64,000 nt of DNA from a virus (lineage: Duplodnaviria > Caudoviricetes), in IMG/VR virus record IMGVR_UViG_3300037067_027643, positions 221,745 to 285,744 of that record. The stretch is one strand, 5' to 3'. Made by a program: the position numbers and the translations under genes. Of the stretch, positions 60,367-64,000 are shown one piece after another. Under the pieces are notes generated by a model, which had not been told where the DNA came from, made no database searches, and saw nothing but the letters and a program-made list of their open reading frames with translations. Positions within the stretch are counted from its first letter, which is position 1. Every line of letters starts with the position of its first letter.

Positions 60367-60566
60367 AAACAACTCTAAACCACCTTCTCTAACCGCCGAT
60401 AGTTTGTTCATTTCAACTAGATAAATAAAATGAAAACTCCTGTACCCTTGTATATAATTAAGTTTATAGAAACTCGGATCGGTTCAGCAGGAAATAAAGG
60501 GGTAGAAAAGAGAGAATTATTAAGGTAGCAACTGCGGATATGCTAATCTAAGTGGAAGAGTTGTTT
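60367..60566. ncRNA. candidate structured non-coding RNA (~200 nt)
   Basis: GC-enriched intergenic island closed by AAACAACTCT/AGAGTTGTTT with several internal complementary segments; family not recognised. Confidence 0.6.
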
Positions 60567-61239
60567 TTAAATAATAAAAGATAGTTGTATAATTACATAA
60601 AATCTGTTAAGATACAACTGTAAAATAACAAAAATTTAAATTATGAAAAAATTATTCAATAAATTAAAAGCGAAATTTCAAATAAACCTAACGACATTAT
60701 CTGATATTTTTGGATTAACACCAGAATATCTGTTTTATATACTATTAGGATTATGTTTAATGCTAAGTTACTTGTCAATACTAATTTTTAAAATATTTTA
60801 AAATTATGGAATATTCAATTACAATAAAAGAATTAATAAAAAGACCGATTATCAGAAACGATCAACCAACTGAATTTCTAAATAAAATGACAGATAATGA
60901 AATTGAACAATGGGAGAAAGAAGTTGAACAAGAATTATTAGAGAATGGGGTTAAACGAAAATTTCCAGATTGGAATGCTGAATTTTTATCTAAAACAATT
61001 GATATGCGTATTTTTTATAAATTATTTAAAAAAGAATACTATGAAACTAAGTAGTCAACAAATCCATGATAAAGCACATCTAATTTATCGAGTAAGAAGA
61101 GAATTAACAGATGATATTTATAAATTAATTGATAATTTTCATTCTACAATTGAACCAGATTATAAGAAATTAAGCAAAGATGATATAATATATGTATTAT
61201 CATTAATAATATCAAAAGAAACAGAAAAAATTTAAAATT

Positions 61240-62148
61240 ATGGCACTTTTAGGCATAAATGGTTACCTCCAGAGTGGGAAAGATACAGTAGGAAAGATAA
61301 TACAGTATCTCATAGCTAATGATAAAGAAGAATACAACCAATATCAACCAACAATATATGAGTTCTTAGAAGGTAAAGATGTATATAGTACAATATATAA
61401 GGTAAATTATGATGTGGTAGAAAGTGTTACAAATGATAGTGGATATAAAATTAAAAAGTTTGCTGATAAGTTAAAAGATATTGTATGTTTATTGATAAAT
61501 TGTACAAAAGAACAGTTAGAAGACAATACATTTAAATCAAAAGAACTCGGTGAAGAATGGTGGTACTATAAACATCGTAATATAGATAATTATAATTTAT
61601 TAACAATAGAAGAATATAATGAATTACCTTATCTTCACCAGGAATATTTTAAATTAATTAAATTAACACCTCGTTTATTATTACAACTAATAGGAACAGA
61701 CTGTGGTAGAAACATTATTCATCCGAACATCTGGGTGAGTAGCTTATTTAGTGAATATGATTATAATTTTCATGCTATAAAATTTAGTGTTAGACAAGGA
61801 ATAAATAAACCAGAATATCCTAACTGGATCATTACAGACACTCGTTTTCCAAACGAAGCAAATGCTATTAAAAATAGAGGTGGAATACTTATTAATGTTC
61901 AAAGAGATGAGTGTCCTAAATGTGGTAATACAACAAATCATCATTACAATAAAAATAATACTGGAAAATTAGAATCTATTTTATGTAACGAATGTGGTAC
62001 ATTTTTTAGAGAAAATTCTCATGAATCAGAAACAAGTCTTGATGGTTATAAGGGATTTAATTACCTAATTGATAATAGTGGTACATTAGAAGAATTAATA
62101 GAACAAGTAAGAGAAATTTTAATAAAAGAAAAGCTAATTAAAAAATGA
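61240..62148 (+). CDS. deoxynucleoside monophosphate kinase (T4 gp1-like) with Zn-ribbon insertion
   Basis: GYLQSGKDT, FADKLK, TPRLLLQLIGTDCGR, IW, ITDTRFPNE, HESE, IDNSGT; insertion CPKC...CNEC. Confidence 0.9.
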   Translation: MALLGINGYLQSGKDTVGKIIQYLIANDKEEYNQYQPTIYEFLEGKDVYSTIYKVNYDVVESVTNDSGYKIKKFADKLKDIVCLLINCTKEQLEDNTFKSKELGEEWWYYKHRNIDNYNLLTIEEYNELPYLHQEYFKLIKLTPRLLLQLIGTDCGRNIIHPNIWVSSLFSEYDYNFHAIKFSVRQGINKPEYPNWIITDTRFPNEANAIKNRGGILINVQRDECPKCGNTTNHHYNKNNTGKLESILCNECGTFFRENSHESETSLDGYKGFNYLIDNSGTLEELIEQVREILIKEKLIKK

Positions 62149-64000
62149 AAGTATTTTTAGTATTATGGACTTTAATAGCAATCTGGTCTGGAATTGGATA
62201 TTTATCAGCTCATTTACATTGTTTATTATGTGGTACATATAGCAATCCAGATATGTACGATGATAGTCTTGGACAATATATACCTCCAATAGAATCTAAA
62301 TTAATTTTAGGTAGCATGTTTGGATTGATAACGTTATTTTGTCTAATTGTTTTAAGTTTATATAAATTAGGTAAATATATTTTAAAATTTGAATAATTGA
62401 TTAATTTTTATTATCTTTGTAAAAATTTATAACTATGAAAAACACTAAACCTTATTTTCGCGAACTTCCACAATCAGAAATAGATAAAATGATTGAAGAA
62501 GGTAGAACTGTTGGATATTGTATGGAGCATTACTTACAGCCAGATTGGTGTGGTTATCCGGAAGCATTATCAATGGAACTGGGTTGTTGGGATCTGTGTG
62601 ATATTTCTATAAATGGAAAAAGAACTCAAATATCAGAAGAATATTGTAAGAGTTGTGAATTTAAAACTAAAATAAAATAAATTATGAAAGAATATAAACT
62701 CGAACATGATTTCCAAAACAACTACTATGAAGTCTTATACAATGCTAGTAAAATAGCAAGCAATGCTAAAAAGTATATAATGAATAACTATAAATCTATT
62801 ACTGATTGGAGTGAATTATCGGTTACTGTTATTGATGGTAGAGATGGCAATACTGTTGAATTCTATAATTTTGATACTTGTTCAGCGGCGGGTGGATTTA
62901 TTGGGTATGAACCATTAAAAAATACATTAAATAAGTGGAGAAAAGAAAAACATAATCCAATAGTTTCATTAACAGATTGTTGTTTAGATAAATTTGATGA
63001 TGATTTTAGTTTGACTATTAATGGAATTGAATTTTATTGGATTGATGATGAAGCGGTAATTGAAATAGCCAATTATATTGAAAGACATATAAAACATTAA
63101 CAATTTAACAAATTATATTTAAAAACGTATAATATGGATACAGAAAACGACATGACTAAAGAAGAAATTATAGATTTAGTAACAGAATTTATCAATTCAA
63201 TATCAACTAAAAATGGAGAAAGAGCTACATTTGGTTGTACATTAATTACAGAGATAATGAACTGGAGTTCGTATAATTATTATGAAGCTATGGGTATAGC
63301 TAAAACAGCTATGGATGAATACAAACGTACATTTGATGAAATAATGGACGATGAAATTCAAGAAAATAACAATTTAGCAAAATTAAATTAACAATGAAAG
63401 GACAATGTGATAAATGTGGTAATGTTTATAATATTACTTCTTCTCCAAATAAAATAGAAGGATATTTTGTTACTCAAGAAGTTTGGGATTGTAGACAGAG
63501 TGATTTACTTAATAATATAATAAAAGAAGAAGGAAATAAACCAATATATTGTCAAAAATGCCCAGAATGCAGTAATATAACAATAATTGAATAAATATGA
63601 GACCAGAATTAAATTTAACTTACGAAGAAAAGGTAAAAATTGGTGAATGGAAACAATCGTTACCACAGAAAAATCGTGAATTTATTTATACGTTTGTTGA
63701 AAATGGTAAATATTCAGAATCTGGTTATAAATTATATACCTATATTATTAAAACAAATGATAAATTTTCATTAATTGTAGCGGAGAATGTTGAATTATGA
63801 AATATATATTGAGAATTTTTGGATTAGTTCGTAAAAAAGATATATGTAAATATCTTGATGATGAAATTAAATCTTTTGAAGATGCCCGTAAAAATTTAAC
63901 TGATGTAAAGGACATATTATATGAATACCAGTATAATACATTATCACATTGGAAAGAATGCTTAATGTACGTAAAATTAAATATGAAATATGAACTATGA
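62145..64000 (+). other. cluster of small hypothetical genes
   Basis: Abutting ORFs to the window end. Confidence 0.65.
62388..62419 (+). promoter_or_regulatory. Bacteroidota-type -33/-7 promoter
   Basis: TTTG-N20-TATCTTTG. Confidence 0.75.

Noticed and set aside
60367-60566. Retron msr-msd (terminal inverted repeats) or tRNA
   Set aside because: No reverse transcriptase in the window and no cloverleaf or T-loop consensus; kept only as an unclassified ncRNA candidate.
1766-61944. Antisense/shadow ORFs in the track (e.g. 1766-2071+, 4877-5068-, 9055-9294-, 15843-16153-, 18544-18741-, 19444-20193-, 26392-26712-, 30335-30742-, 40000-40260+, 53959-54237-, 56478-56672-, 61744-61944-)
   Set aside because: They overlap better-supported genes, promoters or repeats on the other strand and have the F/L/I/S-rich composition expected from reverse-reading A-rich DNA.
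1-64000. Stop-codon reassignment as in some large Bacteroidota phages
   Set aside because: Long conserved genes are intact in the standard code, and TAG/TGA end genes immediately before the next start (e.g. TAG at 23047-23049 then ATG at 23050; ATGA overlaps).

Overview
A 64-kb segment of a very AT-rich, large (jumbo-type) dsDNA phage genome that most likely infects a Bacteroidota host. At least 16 intergenic TTTG-N20-TAnnTTTG elements match the Bacteroidota primary-sigma promoter, and one gene appears to carry a T9SS sorting domain. Most of the window is densely packed, small, co-oriented (+) hypothetical ORFs in the standard code. There is a short minus-strand block at 1.5-4.8 kb and two minus-strand, probably late/virion genes at 35.5-40.6 kb. 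Recognisable products: minimal nucleotidyltransferase, compact arginyl-tRNA-synthetase-like protein, Thg1, two HExxH peptidase-like proteins, HAD phosphatase, radical SAM enzyme, metallophosphoesterase, NAD-dependent DNA ligase, HD hydrolase, ASCH, MoxR-type AAA+ ATPase with a vWA partner, GH16-like protein and dNMP kinase. Best candidates for undescribed biology: (1) four tandem genes sharing only an N-terminal (H/Q)SxVD(L/I)ITNSS(T/S) motif directly upstream of a radical SAM gene; (2) a ~200-nt, probably doubly pseudoknotted ncRNA at 60.4 kb; (3) a cassette-like block (9.7-14.6 kb, containing the ArgRS-like gene) punctuated by a TAAATCTAATC intergenic repeat; (4) a stand-alone T9SS-cargo-like gene. 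I saw no tRNA, rRNA, CRISPR array or transposase by eye. All calls come from motif recognition, not database searches. Hypothetical ORFs are mostly reported as grouped blocks.
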